NCBI GenBank assembly: GCA_031288335.1
Contig: JAITRO010000159.1
Coordinates: 1 to 57,913, forward strand
DNA length: 57,913 nucleotides
Direction of reading: 5' to 3'
From: Synergistaceae bacterium
GTDB taxonomy: Bacteria; Synergistota; Synergistia; Synergistales; Synergistaceae
Shown here: one piece after another, positions 1 through 9,730 of the stretch
Position numbering within the stretch: position 1 is the stretch's first letter
How the letters are laid out: each line of letters starts with the position of its first letter
Made by a program: the position numbers and the translations under genes
Notes under the pieces: model-generated
The model's input: the letters and a program-made list of their open reading frames with translations, nothing else
The model's database searches: none
What the model was told of the DNA's origin: nothing

Positions 1-1
1 A

Positions 2-114
2 CACTACAACGAACATAAGATTTTTAGCCCTGTATTTATGTGGGTTCCAAAAATTATACAGGATTATGGAACCCTGATCTTATGGTTCTACAGATTCTCA
101 TGTTCGTTGTAGTG
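2..114. repeat. Long imperfect palindrome with nested and interleaved inverted repeats, 26 nt beyond the XPB-like stop and truncated by the window edge
   Basis: 2-21 cactacaacgaacataagat pairs with 77-84 atcttatg plus 100-114 atgttcgttgtagtg (15-nt insert between them). Inner pairs are 29-34 cctgta / 57-62 tacagg and 42-49 gggttcca / 67-74 tggaaccc, in A-B-A'-B' order. Confidence 0.5.
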
Positions 115-139
115 ATAAACGAGCAGATAGTATCTGCCC

Positions 140-1792
140 CTACTGTACTGTAACATACGGATACCCCTGTTCGGCGAGGAATAGTTGCCTGTGCGCAGCG
201 AAGCTCTCCTCCACCGTATCCGACGTTACCAGCGTATAGAACCAAGCGCGGTTTTCTCCGGGTTTGGGGCGGAGTATGCGTCCGAGCCGCTGTGCTTCTT
301 CCTGCCGCGAACCGAATGTACCACTTATTTCTATGGCCACGTTTGCATCCGGCAAATCTATAGCGTAGTTTGCAACCTTTGACACAATAATAACCGGAAA
401 CTCACCGTTTCTGAACTGCTGATACAACTTGTCGCGCTTGTCGCTTTTAGTTTTGCCCGTGATAATCGGCGCGTTCAGCATCTCCGCTATAAACGTGAGC
501 TGACTGATGTACAAGCCGATAATCAAAATATGCCGTCCGGAATGTTCTTTTAATAACTGCTGTAAAGACTGAAGCTTGTTCGTATTCTCGGCGGCTATGC
601 GAAACTTCCGGCGCTTATCGGCAATGGCATAATCCATGCGTTCGCTTTCCGCGAGCGGCACTCGCACCTCAAAACATTCGGCTTTTGCGATATAGCCGTT
701 CTTTTCAAGAACCTTCCACGGCACCTCGTACCGTTTGGGACCGATCAGCGTAAACACATCGCTTTGCAGACCGTCCTCGCGGATCAGAGTCGCAGTGAGC
801 CCGAGCCGCCTTTTGGATTGCAATTCCGCCGTCATACGAAACACCGGCGCCGGCAGAGTATGCACCTCGTCGTAAATAATCAGCCCCCATTCGCGGCTGT
901 TTATCAGTTCGCGGTGTCTTTCGGATGCTCCAAGGATTTGGTACGTTGAAATGGTGACCGGCTTGATTTCTTTTTTGTCGCCGCTGTATTCCCCAATTTG
1001 CTCGGTCATGAGCGAAGTTTTGTCTATCAGCTCAGCAATCCACTGCCGCACGGCGGTAATCGCGGTGGTGAGTATGAGGGTTTCCGTTTGCAGTTTGGCC
1101 ATTACCGACATACCGACTATGGTCTTGCCCGCGCCGCACGGCAGTACAATGACGCCGTGCCCGCCGTGCGTTTTGCCGTTTGCGTGAAACAGATCCGCCG
1201 CCTCCGACTGATACGGACGGAGGGTGAATGCTCGCCCGGACAGCGCGGTATCCCTCAAATCAAACGCAAGCGGAGCGGCTTCGCGATACCCGGCCAAGTC
1301 CTCGGCGGGGTATTCCGCAAGGATCAGCGCCTGCTTAATGTGTCCGCGATATGCTATGTCTGCCTCAAAAGTGACCGCGTCAAGCCTGCCCATGAGGTAT
1401 TTGGCGACCGCTTTGGTGTTTTCAAGCTCGGCGGCAATATACTTATCACCGCAGCGAAGAATGAATCTTCCGTTTTCAATCAGCAACTTCACGCGACCGT
1501 AACGATTACCCCAGTTGAGTATGCGGCTTATTACAATCTGCGGCGGGTTATGCTTGGAGAAGCGCTGGAGCTCTTCTATCACCTGCTCCGGATTAAGCCC
1601 CGCCGACGCCGCGTTCCACAGCGATAACTGCGTCAGCTTGTAAGTGTGGATGTACTCCGGGCTTTTTACCATTTCGGCAAACCCCGACAGTGCGTCACGG
1701 GCTTCCTCATATAATGGGTGATCGGTCTCAAGCAGTATCGTCAAATCGCTTTGGACTATGATACATCCTGATTCCACTGTTCTAGATGACAT
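140..1792 (-). CDS. XPB/Ssl2(ERCC3)-type SF2 DNA helicase
   Basis: Walker A GVIVLPCGAGKT, motif II IIYDEVHTL, and motif III followed by the XPB-specific RED motif (LGLTATLIREDG). Start placed at MSSRTV (ATG 1792, AAGAGG 10 nt upstream), overlapping the upstream gene's stop by 11 nt. The track's 1855 start would run 74 nt into that gene. Confidence 0.85.
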   Translation of the reverse strand: MSSRTVESGCIIVQSDLTILLETDHPLYEEARDALSGFAEMVKSPEYIHTYKLTQLSLWNAASAGLNPEQVIEELQRFSKHNPPQIVISRILNWGNRYGRVKLLIENGRFILRCGDKYIAAELENTKAVAKYLMGRLDAVTFEADIAYRGHIKQALILAEYPAEDLAGYREAAPLAFDLRDTALSGRAFTLRPYQSEAADLFHANGKTHGGHGVIVLPCGAGKTIVGMSVMAKLQTETLILTTAITAVRQWIAELIDKTSLMTEQIGEYSGDKKEIKPVTISTYQILGASERHRELINSREWGLIIYDEVHTLPAPVFRMTAELQSKRRLGLTATLIREDGLQSDVFTLIGPKRYEVPWKVLEKNGYIAKAECFEVRVPLAESERMDYAIADKRRKFRIAAENTNKLQSLQQLLKEHSGRHILIIGLYISQLTFIAEMLNAPIITGKTKSDKRDKLYQQFRNGEFPVIIVSKVANYAIDLPDANVAIEISGTFGSRQEEAQRLGRILRPKPGENRAWFYTLVTSDTVEESFAAHRQLFLAEQGYPYVTVQ

Positions 1793-3536
1793 CTTTGCAG
1801 AACCTCTTGTTTTTTTCGATCGTTTTCTTGATTTTCTTCGCCGCTCCGTCCTCAATCACAACGGCAGCGGAGATTTTTTCCTTAACCAATTCGCCCATAC
1901 CCTTGTAGCGAATTACTTCCTCAAGCAGGGATTCGTTGTCGCATTCAAGTATTGTCACCTGCCTGAGCCTAATGCGCCCGACCTGTTTTTCCCAGTCGTC
2001 TAATGCGCTGACGACATTTTCTGATACCGGCTTGTCCGAAGCTGACAGATACTTGTGCAAATCGGCGACACTTATGCCGTTGTCTGCGGCGCGAACCACA
2101 GTTTCAAAGTCGAGCCTGTAAATGGAGGCTTCGTCAGTTGCCGATACCTTGGTAAACAGTTTTTCAAAGTATAACTCGTGCTTGAGCCTATTCGAGCTGC
2201 CGGGAACTATGACTGTATAATCGGGCAGTACCGTAAACCCGCCTCCGATTTTCGCTTTAGGTTCATCCGGCACGCTGTATGAGCCGGATAATCCGAGTAC
2301 ATACGCGCCAAGCCGGTTGATTCTGAACGCGATCGGCACGCGATGTCCTCTGTTGAAATAATCGCTGGTGTCCTCGCCCCACGCGATGTCTATTATCCCA
2401 AGCGCGCCGAAAAACGACAAAATAATCGCAATCAGCGGATGTTCGTATTGATCCCACTTAACACCTAAATAATAGCTCCTGCTCACTGTCTCAATAATAT
2501 ATCTTTCCTCTTTTCGCGCGAACGCTTTTTTAGCGATGCGCAAATAACGTTCCAACTCTTTAGTATACACAGCTTGTCCAGCCGGACAGTATTTAAGCTC
2601 CTCGGCAAGGTTTTGCCGCGCATCGGCCGGGTTATGTCCCCGCCTTGATTTAATTCCCTTCATGATCGAAATTTCGTCAAAGCTCTTGCTTTTCAGATAC
2701 GTCTCAAACAGCTTTTTTGTCAGCTGCTCGTGCGGCAGACTTACTAAAGAGATTGAGCCGCTCCCGGGAGTGCACATCCCTTCAGCGGCGACAAGCAATC
2801 CGCCGATGATGCTAAGTACAATTAAAGGGAATGTCACCAATAAACTGTCTGTAGTCCTTATATCCTCCGGTCTGACGCCTATGTCGGCCGTGCACTCCTC
2901 GTAACCGCAAAAATCCAGCAGCTTCAGCGCGGAGGATTTGCTGAGCATCCCGCTTTTCGTAACTGTTAGCTTGTTTGAGTTAGAAAATCTGACGATGTTC
3001 GCAAAATCAGTTATCCTATCCGTGCGCGTCAAAAACGCAAGTTTGTCTGAAACACTTGAATATATGCGTCTCATCTCGCCAACGACGTTATGCAATTGGC
3101 TCAGGAAGATCCGATCGTCGTAACCTTTGGGGAAAAGCAGCCACAGCAGCGAATTTTTTTCGGCATACTTTTCCTTGTATTGACCAAGACCATTCCAGGA
3201 ACAAGAATAGCCGTAAACTTTCTCTGGTCTTTCGGCAACGCCAAACTCCTTGGCGACTTCTTCAGCGCAATTCGAAGGCTCGGAACCCTCGCCCCAAATA
3301 TGAAACGAAGTTATTTTGCGTTCGGCATCGCTCAGGCTGTTCCACAATTGCTCAAACCTGTTTGGAGTGCAGTAATAGTTGCTCAATATGGAGATGACTT
3401 GCTCCTTCGTAGCGTTCTTCGCCGCGTTATACTCATTTCCTCCTATGATAAACGCTAGGTGTCGAAGTGAACCAACTCTCCCTTTATCGCCGAGCACTAA
3501 CTCATCCAACAGGCCCTCGATCTGTTTGTGTGTCAT
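1782..3536 (-). CDS. XPB-associated protein with C-terminal Helicase_C_3 (p52/Tfb2-like) domain
   Basis: 584-aa ORF overlapping the XPB start. The C-terminal ~130 aa (FTVLPDYTVIVPGSS...IYRLDFETVVRAADNGISVADLHKYLSASDKPVSENVVSALDDWEKQVGRIRL) matches my memory of the helicase-associated domain found next to bacterial XPB genes. The N-terminal ~400 aa is unrecognised. Confidence 0.7.
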   Translation of the reverse strand: MTHKQIEGLLDELVLGDKGRVGSLRHLAFIIGGNEYNAAKNATKEQVISILSNYYCTPNRFEQLWNSLSDAERKITSFHIWGEGSEPSNCAEEVAKEFGVAERPEKVYGYSCSWNGLGQYKEKYAEKNSLLWLLFPKGYDDRIFLSQLHNVVGEMRRIYSSVSDKLAFLTRTDRITDFANIVRFSNSNKLTVTKSGMLSKSSALKLLDFCGYEECTADIGVRPEDIRTTDSLLVTFPLIVLSIIGGLLVAAEGMCTPGSGSISLVSLPHEQLTKKLFETYLKSKSFDEISIMKGIKSRRGHNPADARQNLAEELKYCPAGQAVYTKELERYLRIAKKAFARKEERYIIETVSRSYYLGVKWDQYEHPLIAIILSFFGALGIIDIAWGEDTSDYFNRGHRVPIAFRINRLGAYVLGLSGSYSVPDEPKAKIGGGFTVLPDYTVIVPGSSNRLKHELYFEKLFTKVSATDEASIYRLDFETVVRAADNGISVADLHKYLSASDKPVSENVVSALDDWEKQVGRIRLRQVTILECDNESLLEEVIRYKGMGELVKEKISAAVVIEDGAAKKIKKTIEKNKRFCKDVI

Positions 3537-3921
3537 ATATTGTTCCTCTCCTAAATGTATTCATAACGTTTGATAAAGGACTTGTCGTCAGTCATCATGG
3601 CGGAATTATATTTTTAATCCTTAAAATTGGCAAGCTTCAAGGATTCATTCTTTATGGCATATTCCAACATTCCAGCGCGTAGGGACGCACAAATGCGTGC
3701 CTCTACGGCGGGCGCGTCTCATGAGTGAACGATATTACGTATTGTAAGATATTGTAGTGGCAGTGAAAAAGCTGATTTGAAAAATAAACAAATTATTATT
3801 ATAAGTTTTGTTTATAAGGGGCTCCGGACTGTGGATGTCAGTTGCGCCATGTGGCGTTGCGCACGACAGGATGAGCTTTTTATATGAAATGTAACTTAGT
3901 TATTGTAATTGTTTATTATTT

Positions 3922-3943
3922 TGCTTGATGAATATGCTTGATG
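3922..3943 (+). promoter_or_regulatory. Tandem 9-bp direct repeat (TGCTTGATG x2, 13-bp period) in the AT-rich divergent intergenic region upstream of the PilY1-like gene
   Basis: TGCTTGATG at 3922-3930 and 3935-3943, about 75 nt upstream of the GTG start at 4018. Confidence 0.25.
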
Positions 3944-4017
3944 GATTTTATGTATCTGATGCTGTCTGAGAGATATGGTGTTCCGTGTTGAGTGATGCTT
4001 TAACGGGAGTGATTTGA

Positions 4018-7000
4018 GTGTTCAGAGGGAAAAAGAATTTAGTGAGATTGGCCGCGTTTTTTGTGCTGGCGCTGTTTGTGTCGGAGACAGCGTTCCCCGT
4101 TGTAGGGGCAGTCGTCGCGGAAGCCGCTTGGAACGATCTGGACGGCACGGCGCCCCGCAAGGAGATGGAAGTGGTACTCGAGGACGAACAGCTCCTGGAC
4201 GCCAGCAGAGAAACCATGAGGATGGCAAACGTGCTCGTCATGGTGGAGGCAACAGCGGGAATGGAATTCTCTTCGACGTCGACCATGCCGACGGTGATCC
4301 TGGCCGGGGGGTCGCAAGACAGCAAAAAGTGGACGATAAGCAAAAATGACGGGGCCGACTGGCCGGCAACGAGACAAATTTATAACAGGACGCCGGAGGA
4401 CATCATCAATATGATGGCCGGAGCGACATTCGGCATAGGCGCGATGCCGGCCGCATGGAGCGGAGTCGATCTTGAACCGGGGCGCAACCTCTACGGACGG
4501 GATCTCGACGCGTCCAACAACTACCCGAACAGTGGAAAGCCGACGAACCCAGGCGACCCGGAGGAATTTATGAAACTCTACAAGGGCGATTATTACTTTC
4601 CGTTTAAGGACACGGCCGGAGACATCCCGACGGCATACAAAGGACAGAAGAAGAAGCTCGAGATCGGTTACACCAAGTACGGCAACGGTTTGACCAACGA
4701 CTCGCCCTCACATTATAATTTGAGAAGTTATGAGGTCGGCACGAGAGTGCTCGCGGATTACACATACAATAATCTGTCCGGCGCGAAAAAATTCCCGTAC
4801 GCCCTGGTGTTCAAGAACCCTAAATACTGGGAAAATGGATGGAACGAGAGCTTTTCACCAAAACCGGACGATCTCGTGCCCAACGACAGCAGGCTCTATC
4901 AGGTGAAGCTCGTCCTCTGGAACCTTATGGAGAACAAAGATATGTGGGGCAACATCAGGTTCGGCCTCGCGTCGACCTTTCTCCCGCATACAAATGACAA
5001 CACGAGCGTCAACGGCGGAAGCAGCAGCCCTTATAGTCACATTGGGATCAAGGATCGTTATGATTTTTCGGGGCTGTACAAAGTGGCTCCGTTCGGGGCG
5101 AACGCCTGGACGCTCTCGACGTTCAAATCGGGGCCCGGCGACAATGGGAAACCGTATACCCTGGACAAGGTCAATAAGGTTCCAGCCAACGAGCGCGAAA
5201 CGCAGGGCAGATGGAATTTCAGGAACGGCATCCTGATCCAGTCAATCAGCGGCAACGTCCGCGGGCATAACGCGCTCCACGCGCAGATGTACCCCATGTC
5301 ACAGCATATGACCAACGAGATCGTCTATTCGCGCATCACCGACAGCGATTACGGCAGAGATACCGCTATTAAAATGAGAGCTATGTACAAGGCGTCCCAC
5401 AGGGCCTCCCTTCTCGTCCCGATGAGAGGATACGATGAAAACTGGACTATGAGCGGCAGGCCGAGCATTACCCAGGCGGAACGCTTCAAGCTGTGGATAG
5501 ACGGATTCGCCGACCTTTATAACGGAACCGCGGGCACGTCGCCGGCTCCAGTCTCGAACGGGAATAGAAGCAAGCAGTGGCACTATTACAAAAACCCGGA
5601 GATCGGCGTCGCGGGCGTATTCGTCCTTCCTCACGCCATTTACCCTGACCCGAGAAGCAGCTACGGGATGAGCCGCAAGGACTACAAGGATAACGTGTAT
5701 ACGATAGGCCGCTCCGCCGCCGGCGAAAAAGACGCCACTGCTGTATGGTACTCGAACAAAAAGGTAAACACCGATTATAAATATGAAAGGTTTCCTGGGA
5801 GCACCGAACTGGAAGATCCCGAAGCAGGGGCCAGAGTGCACTTCAACAGCGGTTCCGGCGAGGCTGTCGGCAGCATACTGGATTTCTTCTCACCGCCGGC
5901 GGGAAAATACGCCGACCTCATCCCCGAACAGTACCCGATAAGATCGGCCTGCGAGAACAATTGGGTCATACTCATAACCACCGGCCAGGAGGTAAAGCCG
6001 GAAGATAATACGTCGTATCAGTACACCGCCGCCCAGGCCATAAAAAACCTGTACGACGCAACGAACAAGGCGACCGCCGGCGCTCCCAGATCAACGACCT
6101 CCGGGCATCTCGACGGGAGTAAAATTTACGCTCCGTATGAAAAAGTGTCCATGCTGGTCAGGGAGGCGAATGGAGAGGCAAAGGGCGCGCCGGTGGAAAT
6201 AGATCTCGACAATCCGATACAGACACTGGTCATAGGTATGATCCCGGATCCGTCGACGATAACCGACGCCGCGGTAAGGACGGAAATTGAGGATATGAAA
6301 CTGAACCTCACCAAGATGGCCGTCGCGGGCCGGGGGGGCAATCCTGACTCCATCACTAAGAACAATATGCGGGAGGCCGCTACTCAGCCATATCTCGCAT
6401 ATGACACAGATACTCTCATGCAGGCTGTGAGAGCGGCCATGAGCGCTATAAACGACAGCAGTATATTGCAGCCCGCAAGGGGCGTGGTGGCCCAGGCAAA
6501 GGCGATAGACGGCCTTGGGGATTCTTCGGAAATATTCATGTACAAGTACAGGATATTGAGGAGCAATCAGTGGGAGGTCGAGCTGGAACGCTATATAGTC
6601 AAAACCAACGACGAGGGCGTTCTCGTCATGAGATACGCATGGGAGATGGGCGAACTCATCAAGCCTGCCGACAGAAAACTCGCGTACTGGAAGAATGGGA
6701 GCCGGATTCTGAGCCCTCTGGCGCAGGGCGACTCCGACTTCAAAATCATGACAGGCCTTGACGAGGACAGCATAATTCCTCCGTCCGGATTCAATTTCGA
6801 CAAGCTTTCTCCATCCGACGCCCTCATCAAATGGCTGAGGGGATATGACGTTTCCTACATGAACATGGACAATGCCGGCAATCCGACGACGTACGCCCGC
6901 TCGCATCTTTTGACCGATTTCGGGCAGGACGGAATCACGGTCGTCCAGAATCCGACGAAGGACGCGGATTTCCTGCCGGGTTACAGGCAGTGGGCTGAAA

Positions 7001-8778
7001 ATTTTCCTAAGCAGGATAATATTTTATACGGCCAGACGAACGACGGCATACTCCACGCCGTAAATCAGAACACAGGACGCGAGGAACTGGCCATTCTTCC
7101 GCCGCCCTCGCTCGTGCCCGGGCGCCTTGCTGTCCTCACCACGTCTCCTTCGGAGTGGGACGGAAAGCGTCAATGGATAAATATCTTAGGGGCCGAGGCA
7201 ATGGGAGGGCAGAGGTCGTTCCCCGCGTACATTCTCGACGGAGCCGTCCTGAAAAGGGATTTCGACTTGAACCAGAAGGGCGATGAAACGGGATGGGGCA
7301 GTTATCTGCTGTCGGCTCTCGGCAGGGGCGGCAGCGGGCTTTATATGCTCGACGTGACTGATCACGACGCCCCAAAATTCATGTGGTACAAGGAAAAGAT
7401 CGGCGATCAGCTTGTCAGGTCTGACTCCGCCTCCAAAATTATCGACGCGGCGATTCCAGGCGGAAATGACCCGGACAGTGCTTTCATGAAACTGGGTTTT
7501 AACAGCCCTAAACCGGTAATGGGAGTGACCTTGAAAAGGGAAAACGCTAACCCCGAGCGGGCGGCATTCCAGAATTTTATAGCCATGGCGGGCGGCGCGC
7601 AGCACGACGCCGATCTCATGAAGAATGGGAAAGAGGGGGCTGTGTTCCTGATCCTCGACCCCAAAGACGGCAGCGTGATAGCGTCGTTCGACAGCGCCTC
7701 CGTCGGGAAAAATGGGGCGGCGTGGAGGAACGGCGACGGCGAGGAAGGCCGCAGACCTTATATGGGAATGATGGTCTCCGAACCGACCCTGGTCAAGTCT
7801 AGAGCGTCAGTGAACGAGAGGCGGTTTTTGACGGGGCGCGTCCTTACGGCGGACAACAGGGGAAATATATTCGTCGTCGATATGGAGGATGACGATGGCG
7901 GGCCGCTCGCCCCAAACCTGTGGAAGATGAGGACGATAGCTGGTTTGAGCCCCTCCAACGGCGGAATGACCGATTCCCGTTCCATACCGCACGGGCTCGC
8001 GTCCGGCGGCGGACGGGGATATACCTGGGCGGCGGGAGGCACTGCCGACATTCAGATTCCCAAGTCGGCTGCCGAACCTTACGAGGAGGGTTTTCTCAGA
8101 AATGCGGAGCAGTTGATATTCTCCTTCAAACTGCTCAAAGAAAAAGACCAGGGTTCGTTTTTCAGCCGGGAAAAGAATGACTTCAAGCGGCTCGACGCCG
8201 ACAATCCGGACAGCGTGTACAACCCCGGCGATCTTGATTTATCCGGTGACGGCGCGTATTCCGGCTGGTATGTGCCCCTCCGGAACGGGACTGCGCGGTC
8301 GTTCGACGAATATGTCTCAGCGAAACCGGTCATCATAAACGGGACATTATATGTCGCGACGTTTATCCGAAAGGATAAAACGCCGGTCACCGATTCGAGC
8401 GTCTGCGCCACATCACGCCTCATAGACGGAAACAGCAGGCTCTTTGCCGTGGATGCGGCAACCGGAGCGGGCAGCGTCTGGGCTCCGGCGAACGGAAAAA
8501 CACCTAAATTCATCGAGTTCGAGGGAGTCAAGATAATGAGCCTGACCAACATGAAGGATGGCGGCAGGGACAAGCTGTTCATCAATTTAGATATTCTCGA
8601 CACGTATAACAACAATCTGCGGAAACTCAAGGAGTCTCAGCCTAAGCTGAAAAATGTGCTGAACGAAGATGACGGCTCTCCGCTTCCCGGTGCGGCGACA
8701 GTCGACGGACCGCTTGGCGGAAGCGGTTTTACGCTGAAGCCCAACTTGAATGTCATGCAGTACTGGATAAAACATTAG
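4018..8778 (+). CDS. pilY1: Giant secreted PilY1/PilC-like type IV pilus tip-associated protein (1586 aa)
   Basis: N-terminal signal-like segment LVRLAAFFVLALFVSETAFPVVGA. The C-terminal third carries PilY1-type blocks GQTNDGILHAVNQNTGREELAILPP, GWYVPLRNG, GTLYVATF and SVCATSRLIDGNSRLFAVDAATG. GTG start with GGGAG about 7 nt upstream. Confidence 0.7.
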   Translation: MFRGKKNLVRLAAFFVLALFVSETAFPVVGAVVAEAAWNDLDGTAPRKEMEVVLEDEQLLDASRETMRMANVLVMVEATAGMEFSSTSTMPTVILAGGSQDSKKWTISKNDGADWPATRQIYNRTPEDIINMMAGATFGIGAMPAAWSGVDLEPGRNLYGRDLDASNNYPNSGKPTNPGDPEEFMKLYKGDYYFPFKDTAGDIPTAYKGQKKKLEIGYTKYGNGLTNDSPSHYNLRSYEVGTRVLADYTYNNLSGAKKFPYALVFKNPKYWENGWNESFSPKPDDLVPNDSRLYQVKLVLWNLMENKDMWGNIRFGLASTFLPHTNDNTSVNGGSSSPYSHIGIKDRYDFSGLYKVAPFGANAWTLSTFKSGPGDNGKPYTLDKVNKVPANERETQGRWNFRNGILIQSISGNVRGHNALHAQMYPMSQHMTNEIVYSRITDSDYGRDTAIKMRAMYKASHRASLLVPMRGYDENWTMSGRPSITQAERFKLWIDGFADLYNGTAGTSPAPVSNGNRSKQWHYYKNPEIGVAGVFVLPHAIYPDPRSSYGMSRKDYKDNVYTIGRSAAGEKDATAVWYSNKKVNTDYKYERFPGSTELEDPEAGARVHFNSGSGEAVGSILDFFSPPAGKYADLIPEQYPIRSACENNWVILITTGQEVKPEDNTSYQYTAAQAIKNLYDATNKATAGAPRSTTSGHLDGSKIYAPYEKVSMLVREANGEAKGAPVEIDLDNPIQTLVIGMIPDPSTITDAAVRTEIEDMKLNLTKMAVAGRGGNPDSITKNNMREAATQPYLAYDTDTLMQAVRAAMSAINDSSILQPARGVVAQAKAIDGLGDSSEIFMYKYRILRSNQWEVELERYIVKTNDEGVLVMRYAWEMGELIKPADRKLAYWKNGSRILSPLAQGDSDFKIMTGLDEDSIIPPSGFNFDKLSPSDALIKWLRGYDVSYMNMDNAGNPTTYARSHLLTDFGQDGITVVQNPTKDADFLPGYRQWAENFPKQDNILYGQTNDGILHAVNQNTGREELAILPPPSLVPGRLAVLTTSPSEWDGKRQWINILGAEAMGGQRSFPAYILDGAVLKRDFDLNQKGDETGWGSYLLSALGRGGSGLYMLDVTDHDAPKFMWYKEKIGDQLVRSDSASKIIDAAIPGGNDPDSAFMKLGFNSPKPVMGVTLKRENANPERAAFQNFIAMAGGAQHDADLMKNGKEGAVFLILDPKDGSVIASFDSASVGKNGAAWRNGDGEEGRRPYMGMMVSEPTLVKSRASVNERRFLTGRVLTADNRGNIFVVDMEDDDGGPLAPNLWKMRTIAGLSPSNGGMTDSRSIPHGLASGGGRGYTWAAGGTADIQIPKSAAEPYEEGFLRNAEQLIFSFKLLKEKDQGSFFSREKNDFKRLDADNPDSVYNPGDLDLSGDGAYSGWYVPLRNGTARSFDEYVSAKPVIINGTLYVATFIRKDKTPVTDSSVCATSRLIDGNSRLFAVDAATGAGSVWAPANGKTPKFIEFEGVKIMSLTNMKDGGRDKLFINLDILDTYNNNLRKLKESQPKLKNVLNEDDGSPLPGAATVDGPLGGSGFTLKPNLNVMQYWIKH

Positions 8779-8825
8779 TACCTCATGGGCATACTTCACC
8801 AATAAAAAAACAAAAATTTGGGTTG

Positions 8826-8842
8826 CGGGCGCAGCCCGTTTT
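8826..8842 (+). terminator. Weak hairpin plus T-run between the PilY1-like and PilX-like genes
   Basis: CGGGC-gca-GCCCG followed by TTTT. The stem is only 5 bp. Confidence 0.3.
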
Positions 8843-8859
8843 AGGAGGACAGAACGAGG

Positions 8860-9474
8860 ATGCCGAAAAGAAGAGGTTTTTCGCTGATCATAGTATTGTT
8901 GATCTTGCTGGTCGGACTTGGCATGACGGGTGTCATGCTGCAGATCGTGTCGGTGAGTTCGGGGGCCGGCAGGACCGCCTCGGCAGCTAATAAAAAGTAT
9001 AATCTCCTCGTGAGCGGAGTGGAAAACGCCAGGAGCAAGCTCATCGAGAGGCTGGACAGTGACGATCCCATTCCCGGAAGGCGGACGGCGGGAATGATAA
9101 CATCAGCGGATATGCTTCTCGTTATGCCTGAGGAACGGCGGACGCTCTCCCGGAAAGAGCTGGATTTTTACGGTATCGCAAAGGGCACGGGTGATCTGAC
9201 GGTCAAGATATACGATATGCAGTACGCCCAGGCTGACATATCGCCATCGATGGAGCCCGCCGAGATAAAGCAGCTCCCTCCGGCGGTGCGTCTGATCGGC
9301 ATAGGCGACGCGTCAGGCGGCGGGCCGACAGGCGACGATGATTTGACCTTAGGCAGCGGAGGAATCGCGGTAAACGCCGGAGCGTATCTCATCCGTGCTC
9401 TTCTGGAAATAAATGGTGTTCAGGAAGGGGCTATAGACCTCGCGATAATTGAGAGCGGCAAGAGTTCCTACTGA
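8860..9474 (+). CDS. PilX-like pseudopilin / minor pilin
   Basis: N-terminus MPKRRGFSLIIVLLILLVGLGMTGVML is PilX_N-like, with a prepilin-like hydrophobic helix but Ile instead of Glu at +5. It lies immediately downstream of the PilY1-like gene. Confidence 0.6.
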   Translation: MPKRRGFSLIIVLLILLVGLGMTGVMLQIVSVSSGAGRTASAANKKYNLLVSGVENARSKLIERLDSDDPIPGRRTAGMITSADMLLVMPEERRTLSRKELDFYGIAKGTGDLTVKIYDMQYAQADISPSMEPAEIKQLPPAVRLIGIGDASGGGPTGDDDLTLGSGGIAVNAGAYLIRALLEINGVQEGAIDLAIIESGKSSY

Positions 9475-9673
9475 AACCATCATGAGGGGAAACTTGCACG
9501 AATAGACAACACTGCTTCATGCCGCCCGTGCCGCCTCATGTGGTGTTTTGTATTTAAACCTCGAAAATGCCATTTTAGGCGTCCCGCTCAAAACAATAGA
9601 AGTTAATTTTATATACGAACTGTCATATATAAAACATTAAATGCTTTTTTATGTAAAAGAGTAACTTTATCTC

Positions 9674-9702
9674 TTGCAAAGGCGCAAAAGACATGTTAAA
9701 GT
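9674..9702 (+). promoter_or_regulatory. Candidate sigma-70 promoter of the dcw cluster
   Basis: TTGCAA (9674-9679), 17-nt spacer, TAAAGT (9697-9702), about 85 nt upstream of mraZ. Confidence 0.4.
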
Positions 9703-9730
9703 GCAATTGGATGGAAGATAAGATGGTTGA

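Noticed and set aside
5299-6906. Minus-strand ORFs of 180 and 271 aa inside the PilY1-like gene
   Set aside because: They are antisense to a continuous 1586-aa frame. No motifs were found and the composition is off-frame-like.
8803-8820. Near-identical A-rich string caataaaaaa(a)caaaaat shared with 54192-54208
   Set aside because: It is a low-complexity A-run and the flanks are unrelated, so it is most likely coincidence.
9475-9560. Terminator after the PilX-like gene (CATGAGG ... CCTCATG followed by a T-rich run)
   Set aside because: A 7-bp stem with a loop of more than 40 nt is not a credible intrinsic terminator.
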